Shown in pieces: positions 35,673 through 50,539 of a DNA stretch of 64,000 nt (position 1 is its first letter; each line of letters begins with the position of its first letter). The translations under genes were made by a program, and so were the position numbers. Origin of the DNA: Phaeosaccion multiseriatum (Eukaryota > Protista > Ochrophyta, other classes); contig OZ218952.1 of assembly GCA_965112735.1 (NCBI GenBank), forward strand, positions 5,766,001 to 5,830,000, read 5' to 3'. The notes under the pieces are model-generated. The model was not told where the DNA came from. It was given only the letters and a program-made list of their open reading frames with translations, and searched no databases.

Positions 35673-36290
35673 ATCGAGGAGCGGCGGGCCTCAAATGAGA
35701 ACAGCCAAGGCCTGTCCTTCTCCTCCTCCTCCTGAAGAGGGGGATGAAGAGTGGAATTCTATAACCTTACGTAAGTAAGGAAGCCCCACTGCGCTAAAGA
35801 AAAGTTTTAAAAACCAATTGGGGCAGGTGCGTGCTAGTGCATCGCCGATGGCATCTGCTGACTGGCTGACGGACCTTCTCTGTCTCTCCCTCTCCCTCAG
35901 TTATCCTCTCTCTCTGTCTCTTTCTCTCTCGCTCCTCTCTCGCTCGCTCCTCTCTATCTCTCTCTCTCTCTCTCCCTTTCTCCTGCCCTCCCGCTCTCTC
36001 TCTCTATCGCTCCCTCTCCCTCTCTCTTTTTCCCTCCCTCCCTATCCCTCAGTCCCTTAACACTCATTCCTCCCTCTCTCTTGGCCCTGTCTCTCTTGCC
36101 CTCTCTCTCTCTGCCTCCGCCTGCCCCTCTCGAATCCCCTCTCTCCCCCTCCTCCTCTTAAGCTCTCAGTGCCGCATAGCCCACCGCTCCATTTGCCAGA
36201 CGTCTGAAGAAATCCGGTGGCGTCTTCGCTCTTGCCCACTCTCAGCGGCTCTCTGGGGAGGAGGGTGGTGGCCAGACGTTGGGTGTCGCC
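35673..36290. promoter_or_regulatory. Putative bidirectional promoter between AMPK beta and alpha, with palindrome CTTACGTAAG and a CT-rich tract
   Basis: Divergent starts at 35672 and 36291. Perfect palindrome at 35766-35775. Probable 5'-UTR intron from the GT donor at 35827 across the polypyrimidine tract (about 35875-36170). Confidence 0.55.
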
Positions 36291-39876
<3,586 letters not shown>

Positions 39877-40135
39877 CGCCAGCAGCAGCAGCAGCAGGCG
39901 GGTGACCTTGGCGAGTGTGCCAGCCAAAGATATAGCGCAGCACACTCCCGCCCAAGCAAACCCCTCCTTGCCTCCCCCCCCAAAGCAACCACCTACTGCG
40001 GGGCCGGGACGGCAAGAGCAAGAGATTGCTTCAGAGCCAAAGCCCACCCCTCCCGAGGCCATGCTACTGGAAACATCTACATCTGTCAATATCTGTATTC
40101 ACTAGTCCTCAATAATAAGGAAAAAAAAATTGTAT

Positions 40136-40931
40136 TCAAAGCCCCTCCTCGCCATACAAGTCGTCCAGGGGGGCGTCGATGGCCTCTGAGCTTCTCCCTT
40201 CGCTCTCTGCGTCTTGTGAGCGGGCCCCCTCCCCTTCATTGTCCTCCTTACTTGCTGGCCTATAGTACACCGCGCTCTCCGCCTGGCGCTTGTCCAGCCA
40301 CTTGAGGCTCAGAGCTGAGCCGCCGAAGGACTGCCCCTTGGCCTTGGCGACCTCTGCCCCCTTTCGGTCCTCGAAGGTCACCAACATGAGCCCCGCCGTT
40401 CCGTCTGTGGCTGTGGGGGGCACCTGCTCCACGCTGGACACTTTGGCAAACATGGCAAAGTGCTGTCTGAGGGCATCCTCGCTCCGGCCCTCCGATACAG
40501 CGGCCCAATTTCCGACAGTGAAGGTAGTGGGTCTAAGGTCGAGGCTTTTGGACGCAAACCTCGCGCCAGGCCCGGCCGTCGTGGCACCCCCAAAGCCGCC
40601 TCCTCTCCCGCCCCTCCCCCCCCTTCCACCGCCCCTTCCGCCTCTTCCACCCCCTCTTCCCCCCCCCGGGATGTCGCGAGGGTGGGGCAAGGGCGGCACA
40701 GAGACGCCTGCCGCCACGCATTGTTGCTTCGCAGACACAAGCTCCTCCAGCAGCGGCTGTAAGGCAGAGTCCACCTCTGCGAGTAGCTCCCGCTGCTCGA
40801 CCAGAGAGGCGGTAGTCTCCTTCACCTGTGAGCAAGAGAGAGCAGACAAGACAGAAGCAACACCAGAAAACAAGAGAGAGTTGAGTGCGCGGCCTTGCGT
40901 ACCTTCAGCGGAGTAAGACACACACAGACAG

Positions 40932-40973
<42 letters not shown>

Positions 40974-43632
40974 TGGTCTCCAGAGGCCCCAACGCCGCTG
41001 CATCTGCCCCCTTTGCCATCATGGCGGCCAGGAGCTGCTCGTACTGCGCTTGGCGCTTCTCCTGCATGCCCAGCTTCGCCTTGGCCAGTTCGGCCTGCTG
41101 CTCCTTCAACACCACCAACTGGGAGGGGAGGGAGACAAAAGGACAAAAGAACAAGCGTTAGAGGTTAGAGGCGGGCACGATACGACAGAAAGGGAGGAGA
41201 CAACAATGGCGATGGCGATATACACGTACACCCACCTGCTGCAGCTTCTGGAGCTCCCCCAGCAAGGCGGCTTTTGCTTGCGCGGCCTCTTTGGCGGCAG
41301 CGGCCATCTGCTCTGCCTCACTCAGAGCAGGGGCTTCGTCCATGCCTTGGATGTTCTCGTCCCGGCACAGAAACACTCGTATGAAGCGATTGTTGAGCAC
41401 GGGGACTGGTGAATCCACGCAGCGCTTGGCCTCGAGGCTGTCGCTGAACTGCACGCGAACTTGATTGTAGACCTGCGTCAAGTGGAGTGGAGCGGGGGAA
41501 GGGAGGTAGAGGGGAACATCACATCAACACTTCTGTACTAGGCCATGTCGATACTCAGAGAGAGGTTTGAGGCAAACGCACAGAACGCACCCTTGGAGTG
41601 CCATCGTCGTTGGTCTTTTTGCTGCCTCCCTGCCGCGGGGCCATTGCAGAGATGTCCACGGCCACAATCTGTCCAAACTGCTTGAAGTGCGCCCGCACTT
41701 TGCCGTCGTCTACGTACTGAGGCACGCCCAGACACTTTACCGTCACGCGCTCCTCTTCCGGCAAGAAAGCGGCGCTGGCAGCGTCCTGAGGCGCCCGGTG
41801 GGGGCCTCCTCCTCCTCCTTCTCCTCCTCCCCCTCCTCCTCCTCCTCCTCCTCCTCCTCCTCCTCCTCCTCCTCCTCCTCCTGCTCCTGCTGCTGCTGCT
41901 GCTCCTGCTCCCCACGCCGGTTCCGGCCGATCCTCGGGCGGCTCTCCCAAGACCGGCCGGCGCCGCACTCTCTCGCTGCCCATCTCCACTTCTGCGCGGT
42001 CCCCACTGCCGTTACCAGGCCCATCGTGAAATGAGTCTCCTCCTCCTCCTCCTCCTCCTCCTCCTCCTCCCCCCTGCCCGCCATTCCAGTTCTTTCCTCC
42101 TCCTTTGCCCATGTCCATTCCGTTGGGCTGCTCCAACCTCCCACCAAACCCCCACTCTCCTTGTTGCGGTGGTGGCTGTTGCCGGTGCCGAGGCTGCGGC
42201 GGGGGTGGGGGCGGCAGGCCCCGAGGGGGCAGCCCTCGAGGGTGTTGATTCCTCGAGTTGGCCGCAGCCATTCGCATCATGTGCAGCACCTCTGGAGGAG
42301 GCGGGCCCGGCCCTCGACCCCACATGGGCATATTGGGGACCATGTCCGGCGTTGCCATGCCCCTTCCTCCTCGTCCCCGCCCCCTGCCCGAAGCCCCCCC
42401 CCGCCCCTCCCCTCCTTGCGGAGCCATTCCCATCTCAGAGGGGAAAGGGGGTGGGCTAGGGTGATGAAGGGGAGGTCCCCCGCCATTCGGAGGGCCTCCC
42501 CCGCCGCTCCTTTCCCCCCTAAAAGGCGCCCCTCGTGGCCCGCCCGGCCCGCCCGGTCCAGGGGGAAAGTTTCGATGCTGCCAGCCGGGGGGAGGTGCCC
42601 CAGGAGGAGGCGGGCCGTTCGGTCCTCCAGGAGCCGCCCCAACGCCTCCCCAGCCTGGGCCCGAGCGCCCTTCTCCCCTCTGTCCCCCCCCAAAACCGCC
42701 TGGCCCGAACTGCTGCTGCTGCTGCTGCTGCTGGCCCCCCATCGCATTCCTGCCGCATGGGCCGTCGCCGGTTCTGCCGCCTTGGCCATCACCGGCCCTC
42801 CATCCTTTACCGCCATTACGATCACCGCCCCCTCCTCCTCCGCGTCCTTCTCCTCCTCCCCGTCCTCCCCGTCCTCCTCCAGCAGGCCCTCCCCCGGGCC
42901 GCTCCGGCGCTTCGGGTCCGCCCCTCCGTCTCCTCTTGCTGCTCCCTTCCGATATGTCACTACCTGCTCTCTCTCTCCGACCCCCTTTCTTGCCCCTCCT
43001 CCGTCTATGGTCATCGTCCGGGTCTCCTTCTTCTTGCTGCTCGTCCTCCTCCTCCTCGGCCTCCTCCCTACGTCTACTCTCCCTCCTCGGGGGAGAGTCG
43101 TGCCGCTTCTCAGGACGCTGCTGCGGCTGCTGCTTACGCTGATGTGGCTTTACATAGCCCCCAGGTCCATTCCCTTTGGCGATCCCGTCCAGGGCTGCAA
43201 CGAGTTTGGTGGTGAAGGTCTCCGCGTCTTCAGCACCGAGAAAGTCTGCGACAAGAGGGGAACGTGTGGGAATCAGAAGCAGCGGCTTCAAAGCATGTCT
43301 CGCTTTTGAGGTGCAGGGCAAGGAAATGCAGGCTCGGCTCACCTTCTAGGTTCTCCACGCAGACCTCGCGCAGCTTGGAGCCCTGCACAGAGAAGGGGGA
43401 GGGTGCGTTGGGAAGCCTGTAAGAAGCATGCCACGCCAAGTAGAGCACACAACAACCACTCTCTCCCCGACCACGGCCCCCGCCCACAGACACTTACCGT
43501 CTCGTTCGAGTTGTGCACGAAGGCCACAATATAGTTGGCTAGATCCGTCTGATCGCCCGTGCAGATGTGGGCCAGCTCCCTGTGGAGCCATGAGGTCAAG
43601 GCGACCGTGTCAGCCTCGCTCAGCGAAGGCAT
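40136..43632 (-). CDS. RBM26/RBM27-like PWI and RRM RNA-binding protein, multi-exon
   Basis: N-terminal PWI-like LTSWLHRELAHICTGDQTDLANYIVAF...LEDFL..DAETFTTKL, then a G/P/R low-complexity region. RRM1 KVRAHFKQFGQIV...PVPVLNNRFIRVF, a coiled coil, and RRM2 LRQHFAMFAKV...LVTFEDRKGAE. Confidence 0.8.
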
Positions 43633-43836
43633 CAGACTGCCTCACAAGGGACACAGTAGTTCTCCCTTGAGGTGGGTGGCAGCTCCTTGTCTCCTTTAGG
43701 CTGTGAAGAGAGGGTTTATATATATTAAGAGAGGGCTTCCCGGCCCTTTTTCTTTTAACATTCCAACCTCTTGTATATGGCCCTCACTTTTTATCTGCGG
43801 TTCTCCCCCCCCCTACAGCGTTTTGGTACCCGGAGC

Positions 43837-44635
43837 ATGGCGAGCCCGCAGCAGCAGCAGCAGCGGCGCCACCTGCTGGCTGATGTCCCTGCGAAGGTGG
43901 ACTTTCCTGGCGAGGAGCAGAAGATCATTGCGTACTGGAGCTCCATAAAGGCATTCGAGACCTCACTCAAGGTCGGGCGCCCTTCCTCTTTGGTTCGTTG
44001 CTCCTTGTGCACCCACTCAATCCTGCGTTCTTATCACCACACGACGAACAGCTGAGCGAAGGAAAACCGGAGTTCACGTTCTACGATGGGCCTCCTTTTG
44101 CGACAGGATTGCCGCACTTTGGGCACATCCTCGCTGGGACCATTAAGGACACAGTGACCAGATACGCCCACCAGACGGGGCATTACGTGAGCAGGAGATT
44201 CGGTTGGGACTGCCATGGTCTGCCTATCGAGTACGAGATTGACCAGATTGTGAGTTTTAGCCTTAGGAGCCATTTCTGCCTGCGGCTGTTTGGCTCCTAA
44301 CTCTTGGTCTTGCTTGCCGTCCTCTGCTCCAGCACAACATCAAGTCACGAGAGCAAGTGCTCGAGATGGGTGTTGGAGAGTACAACAAACTCTGCCGAGG
44401 TATTGTCACTAGGTACACGGCAGAGTGGGAGGTGAGTACAACACGAAGGGGGAAAGAAGGGGCTGGCTTCGGGGCACTCTCGCTAACCTACTGCTCTGTT
44501 TCTGCTCACAGAGCACAGTGAGTAGGCTCGGCCGCTGGATCGACTTTAAGAACGACTACAAAACCATGGTGAGTGGAGATTCGTGGAGATCCTAGCGAGC
44601 TTTCTGGCCAATCACGGCCCCTCCGTCTCCACCTC

Positions 44636-44671
<36 letters not shown>

Positions 44672-47600
44672 CAACAGGACCCTTCCTTCATGGAGTCGGT
44701 GTGGTGGGTATTTTCTCAGATGCACACCAAAAACCTCGTGTACCGCGGGTACAAAGTGATGCCCTTCAGCACCGCCTGCGCGACACCGCTCAGGTGAGGA
44801 AGGAGCGTACGGCGGAAGACGACGGCATCGTCGAACAATCCCACACGTATCTGCCTGTCTGTTTCTCTCTATGTGTGTTCAGTAACTTCGAGGCCGGCTT
44901 GAACTACAAGGACGTCCACGACCCCGCGGTGACGGTCACGTTCCCCCTGGTGGACGACCCCAACGTAAGTCGACCCTCCCTCCTCCCTCTCTGCCTCCCT
45001 CTCTGCCTCCCTCCCTCCCAGCCTATTTGCTTTTGCTCGGCCGGCCAACGCACACTCGGCGAAACGCATCCCTCTGCTGAACGCCTCTCCCCTTGCCCCT
45101 ATGTCTTTCCTGCATGGCGCCACACCACAGGTGTCTCTGCTCGCTTGGACAACCACTCCGTGGACACTGCCCAGCAACCTAGCCCTCTGCGTCAACGACA
45201 ATCTTCTCTACACCAAGATCAGGTTCGTAGGTTCGGACTTGCTTGGAGAGAATAAAGTACGCTCGCGAAACAAGTCAGGCTCACATTTCAGAACCAATCC
45301 CACCAACCCACCACAGAGACAAGAAGAGCAGCAAGGTGTACATTCTGCTCAAGGCTCGCCTGAGCCAGATCTATCCGGTGAGTAGGCGCTGCAGCAGCTC
45401 GGGGCACTGTGCTGAGGGGGACCTTTTGCTGACTCTGAAAAGTGTGTCCAATCTGTCCAATCGATCAATCAATCGCCTTACATCAGGAAATGAAGAAGAA
45501 GAAGTGGAAGCCGGAGAAGGCTGTGGAGCTGTTCGAGGTGCTGGAGGAGATGACGGGCGACAAGCTCGTGGGGCTGAAATACGAGCCCATCTTGCCCTAC
45601 TTTAAGCACAGGCAGACCCTAGACAACTTCAGGGTGAGTGATCCTCACCCGCACGGTGCCAGCAGGGCAAGCGCGGTGGCAGTACGTGGCACCAAGACAA
45701 CAAACGTGCATGCCTTCCTGCTGGCTTGATTGATTACTGACAAGGGGCTCTCTCTCGTGTGCGTCTGTGTGCGTGTGTGTGTTCGTGTGTGTGCGTGTGC
45801 GTGTGTGTGCGTGCAGGTGCTGAGCGACGACTACGTGACGGAGGAGGGCGGGACAGGGGTGGTGCACCAGGCTCCGGGCTTTGGAGAGGACGATTACCGC
45901 GTTTGCGTGGGGCGAGGAGTTTTGCAGAAGGACGAAGAGGTGGGTGGCGTAAGTTAGTGGAGGGGTGGGGGTTTCCTGCTGCTCCTGGCTCCTCTTAAGC
46001 CAGGATGCGTGTGTGGCACTCCCTCACTCACTCCACGAACAACCAACTGCTGCACAGGTACCCTGCCCGGTGGACGCCAACGGGAGGTTCACAGCGGAGA
46101 TTCCTGACTTTGTGGGACAACACGTCAAGGAGGCGGACACGGCCATCTGCGCGATGCTTAAGCAGGCCGGGAGGCTCCTCATCAAGGATGTGAGTGAGCA
46201 GCAGATAGAAGAGAAGCAGAGGGTGTGTGTGGAGATGGGGGCCTTACGCTGGTTTGCCCGCCTGCTCGATCGATGCTCTTCCCCTTTGGTCCTTCCCTAT
46301 CTCGTCCCACTAGTCGTACGAGCACACGTACCCCTTCTGCTGGCGCAGCGACACTCCCCTCATCTACAAGGTGGTGCCGTCCCTCTTCGTCAGAGTCGAG
46401 TCCATCAAGGTCTGTATCGTATCGGGGGCCGCCGGACTCTCTCTCTCTGTCTCCTACTCTCTCTCTCTCTCCCTCTCTCTTTGTCTCTCCTCTCTCTTTG
46501 TCTCTCCTGACGTCTTGCAACAACTTCTTGCCTCGCCACACGCAGGACCGACTGCTTGCGTGCAACGACCAAACGAAATGGGTACCTGACTTCGTCAAGG
46601 AGAAGCGATTCCACAATTGGCTCGCCAACGCAAGGGTAAGAAGTGGCTTTGTGGTAGGCGTTGTCGCACACACGAGTTACAACGACCCGCTGACTTACCA
46701 ATGGTGGCGCCTTTTGTATTTCGTTTTGGTGCATAAAGGACTGGGCCATCTCCCGAAATCGCTTCTGGGGGACTCCCATTCCCCTGTGGGTGAGCGAGGA
46801 CGGCAAGGAGTCGGTGGCCATCAGCAGCATCGCGCAGCTCGAGGAGCTGTCGGGGGAGAAGGTGACGGACCTTCACAAGGAGAACGTTGACCACATCGTC
46901 ATCCCCTCTAAGGAAGGAAGGGGCGACCTCCGAAGAGTCGACGAGGTGTGTGTTGTATAAGGTAGCGAGGGAGTGCGTTGTAGAAAAGAGACCCATCGCT
47001 TCCCTCTCTTAACGCTTTCGCATGCGGCGCTAACTCGCCCCAAAGGTGTTTGACTGCTGGTTCGAGTCGGGCTCCATGCCCTACGCGCAACAGCACTACC
47101 CCTTTGAGAACAAGGAGAGGGTCGAGAAGGTGAGGCCGGTCGAGTAGTGGGGTGGGGTGGGCTGGTGCTTGTCGTGCTTGCTTATCCCGCATGGACTGAA
47201 TGTTCTTTCTCTAACCGGCCTATCGTGTCTCTAACCCTTCACGAACCCACACACGCACAGGGCTTCCCTGCGGACTTCATCGCGGAGGGATTGGACCAGA
47301 CTCGTGGCTGGTTCTACACGCTCATGGTGGTGTCCACCGCCCTTTTCGATAAGCCCGCCTTTAAGGTACGGCACCTCCGTCTCCTCCTCCTCTCGTCTCT
47401 TTCCTGCCTGCCTCACGCCTGCCTCACGCCCCCCTCTCTCCTCCGTAATGCCTCTCTGTAGAATGTCATCGTCAATGGGTTGGTGCTCGCTGAGGACGGC
47501 AAGAAGATGTCCAAAAGGCTCAAGGTGCGTGCGCAGAAGAGGCTCTAGTAGAGGGGCTTTTGAAGGGTCTACGAGAGGAGGGCTATGTTCTAGAATGCTT

Positions 47601-50152
47601 CCAGGGCGCTTGCTTGCTTGGGCTTCCTTGTCGCGTCACGGGTCGATCCATCTTCCGTCTGATTTGTTCGTATTTTGTCAACAGAACTACCCGGACCCGA
47701 CCACCGTGGTGAACAAGTACGGCGCGGACAGCCTCCGCCTGTACCTCATCAACAGCAACGTCGTCAAGGCCGAGCCCCTGCGCTTCAAAGAGGCCGGCGT
47801 GCACGGCGTGGTGAAGGACGTGCTGCTGCCTTGGTTTAACGCGTTCCGCTTCTTCGCTCAGCAGGTAAGGCGCTGCTTGGCTGCCTCTCTGCAGCCTCTT
47901 GTGTGTGTGTGTGTGTGTGTGTGTTGCATCGCAGAGATAAGATGTGCGCACGCCGGACTGTGTGTGCTTGTGCTCGTGCGTGTGCAACAGGTGGTGCGCT
48001 GGGAGACTGGCACCGGCAAGGACTTTGTCCCCAACGCGGAAACGGCCAACACCTCGACCAACCCTCTGGACTGCTGGATCAACGCCTCCCTGCAGGGCCT
48101 TGTGCAGTGCGTGCACGAGGAGATGGGCGCCTACCGCCTAGACACGGTGCGTGCAGTGCGACAGGGGCGGCTGGAGATCGAGGGAACAGCGGCCGAGGGA
48201 AGAGGGGGAGGGAGAATGGGGCGAGGGAAGAACATACACTGCAACCTTTGCGCTGACACCACACCCCCCCTCCTCCTCCTGTCCTCCTTCTGCTCTGTCG
48301 TCTTTTGCGAGGATAGGTGACGCCTCGGCTCGTTCACTTCATTGAGGACCTGACGAATTGGTACGTCAGGCTCAATCGGAAGCGACTCAAGGGGGACGAC
48401 GGCGACGAGGTACGTCTATTCAAATCGAAGCAAGTGTTTGGAAGAGCTTGCCTGCTCTCCAGCCACTCACCCCCTCTCGCCGCTTTGCCCCCTCCAGGAA
48501 GCCTACGTGGGCCTCTGCTGTCTCTTGGAGGTGCTGCTGAGCGTCACCCTCCTCATGGCCCCCTTCGCGCCTTTCTTCTCGGAGTACGTGTATCAGTACC
48601 TGCGCAAGCTGCTGCCCGCGTACAGCGACCCTTCCGCTGCTCTTGATGCCCCAGGTGAGTGCGTGAGTGGGCTTGGCGGCTTGGAGGCCTGTCCCGCTGG
48701 GCCCCAGTGCACTTGCACTTCCTCCTCGGCCTGTTCCCCTTATCTCTCGTCTCCTCCCCAACCCTCGACCCTCGACCCTCGACCCTCGACCGCCCCGCTC
48801 TGCTGCACATGCACAGGCAAAGCGGACAGCGTGCACTACGTTCTGTTGCCGGCTTTTGACGCCGCCAAGCTCAACGAGCAGGCCAAGCAGGCGGAGCGTG
48901 AAGTCATTGCCATGCAGCAGATCATCAACATCGGCAGAACCGCTCGGGATAAAAGGAACATCAGGTACGGTGCTGACTGCTGCAGTTGCGGCTCGAAATC
49001 ATTCCCCTACGAACGACGATTTGAAGGCTCTTGACCCTCCTCCTCCTCCTTCTCCTCCTCCTCCCCCTCCACCCCCTCTTCGTTCTGTTCCCTCTTTGAC
49101 AGCCTCAGGACGCCGGTGAAGGAGGTGGTTGTGGTGTCTCAAGACGAGACTGTGCTGGGGGGGGCGGAGCACCTGCTCGGGTACATTAAGGCCGAGCTCA
49201 ACACGTGGAAGGTGACGCTCTCAAGGGAGGAGGACAAGTGGGGGGAGCTGGAGGCGGTGCCTAACACACGGCTGCTCGGGAAGAGGCTGCAGAAAGCGCT
49301 CTCGTCGGTGTGTGCCGAGTTCAAAACGCTCACCGGGGCCGAGGACGGCCAACAGAGGATCAGAGACTTCCTGCAGAGCGGCTCCATCACCGTGGCCGGG
49401 CATGAGCTGAAGGGGGAGGATGTCGTCATCTCCAGAAACTTCAAGGGGGACCCGGCGGTGTACGAGGGGGGGGCGAGCGAGGACCTGGCAGTGCCTGTGC
49501 TCGTGGCCATTGACTGCACGAGGGACGAGCGTATCGCCAGCGAGCAGCGCGCGAGGGAGTTTGTGAGCGCAGTGCAGCTGCTGAGGAAGTCGTCAGGCCT
49601 GCAGATGGGGGATGCGGTGGAGGTGTTCTTTGCCGGGGGAGAGGCCATGGAGCAGTCCATCACCGCTGAGGCCAACAAGGCCCTCATCAAGGGCACCATC
49701 TTTGTTACGCCGGTGCAGCTCAAGGCCCTGCCCGAGCACGCTGTGGAGCTGGGGAGGCACTCAGCTGCGGCGGGAGACGAGAAGGTGCCCCTCACTATTG
49801 TGCTTGTCAAGCCGTGTGTGTTGGTCAAGGCCGACACGCTTGCCGACACGTGCAAGCAGGCGGGAGTAGACCCGAAGGTACAGTACGGTAGATAGGCGTA
49901 GATGGAGGTGACCAAACGCAGCCCCCCCCCCCCCCCTCCTTTCTTGATGTACAGCAAGCCTCTTCTCATCGTCCTTCCACTTCCTTCGCACTTCCACTTG
50001 TCTTCCTGATGCAGGTCACTCGCATGCTCCTGACGGGAATGGACTTCCACCGACTGAAGGAGGAGGCAGCCCCCAGTGTTTCGTTCAACCTGGACGGCAA
50101 GGATGTGACTCTCACACGCGGGGCAGACTACTCCTTCGGGCTCTTGCAATAG
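43837..50152 (+). CDS. IARS1: Cytosolic isoleucyl-tRNA synthetase, multi-exon
   Basis: Motifs [97 protein letters not shown]. Stop TAG at 50150-50152. Confidence 0.97.
48763..48791. repeat. 7-bp intronic tandem repeat (CCTCGAC) x4
   Basis: Read directly within an IleRS intron. Confidence 0.85.
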
Positions 50153-50383
50153 CGCTACCCTGCACACCTTGATCTATAGAGTCAGACTGTTCGTCATTAG
50201 TGAGAGAAAATACACCGTTTTATTTTTGTTTTAGTCAGTAATAATGGCGCCCTTGAGGGGCGTGTCTCTTGTTCATGCTATTGGCATGCTCGCAAGGGGC
50301 TTCGCTTCGTACAAGACGTTGTAATACAGAAAGTACAGGATAGTCTGGGCGCTCGATCCAACCCCGATTCCCTTCGAGCTCTG

Positions 50384-50495
50384 CTATCCGTAGGTGGTGA
50401 CCACCTGTCCGCCGTACGGAGGAAGGAGCAGGAGAAGGAGGAGAAGGAGATGAGCATGAGGATGATGATAATGTGGACACACGTCCACGCACACA

Positions 50496-50539
<44 letters not shown>

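Noticed and set aside
43660-43700. CCTTNAGG-like words seen in several divergent spacers (also about 60712-60740)
   Set aside because: Too short and degenerate to separate from background without an enrichment test.
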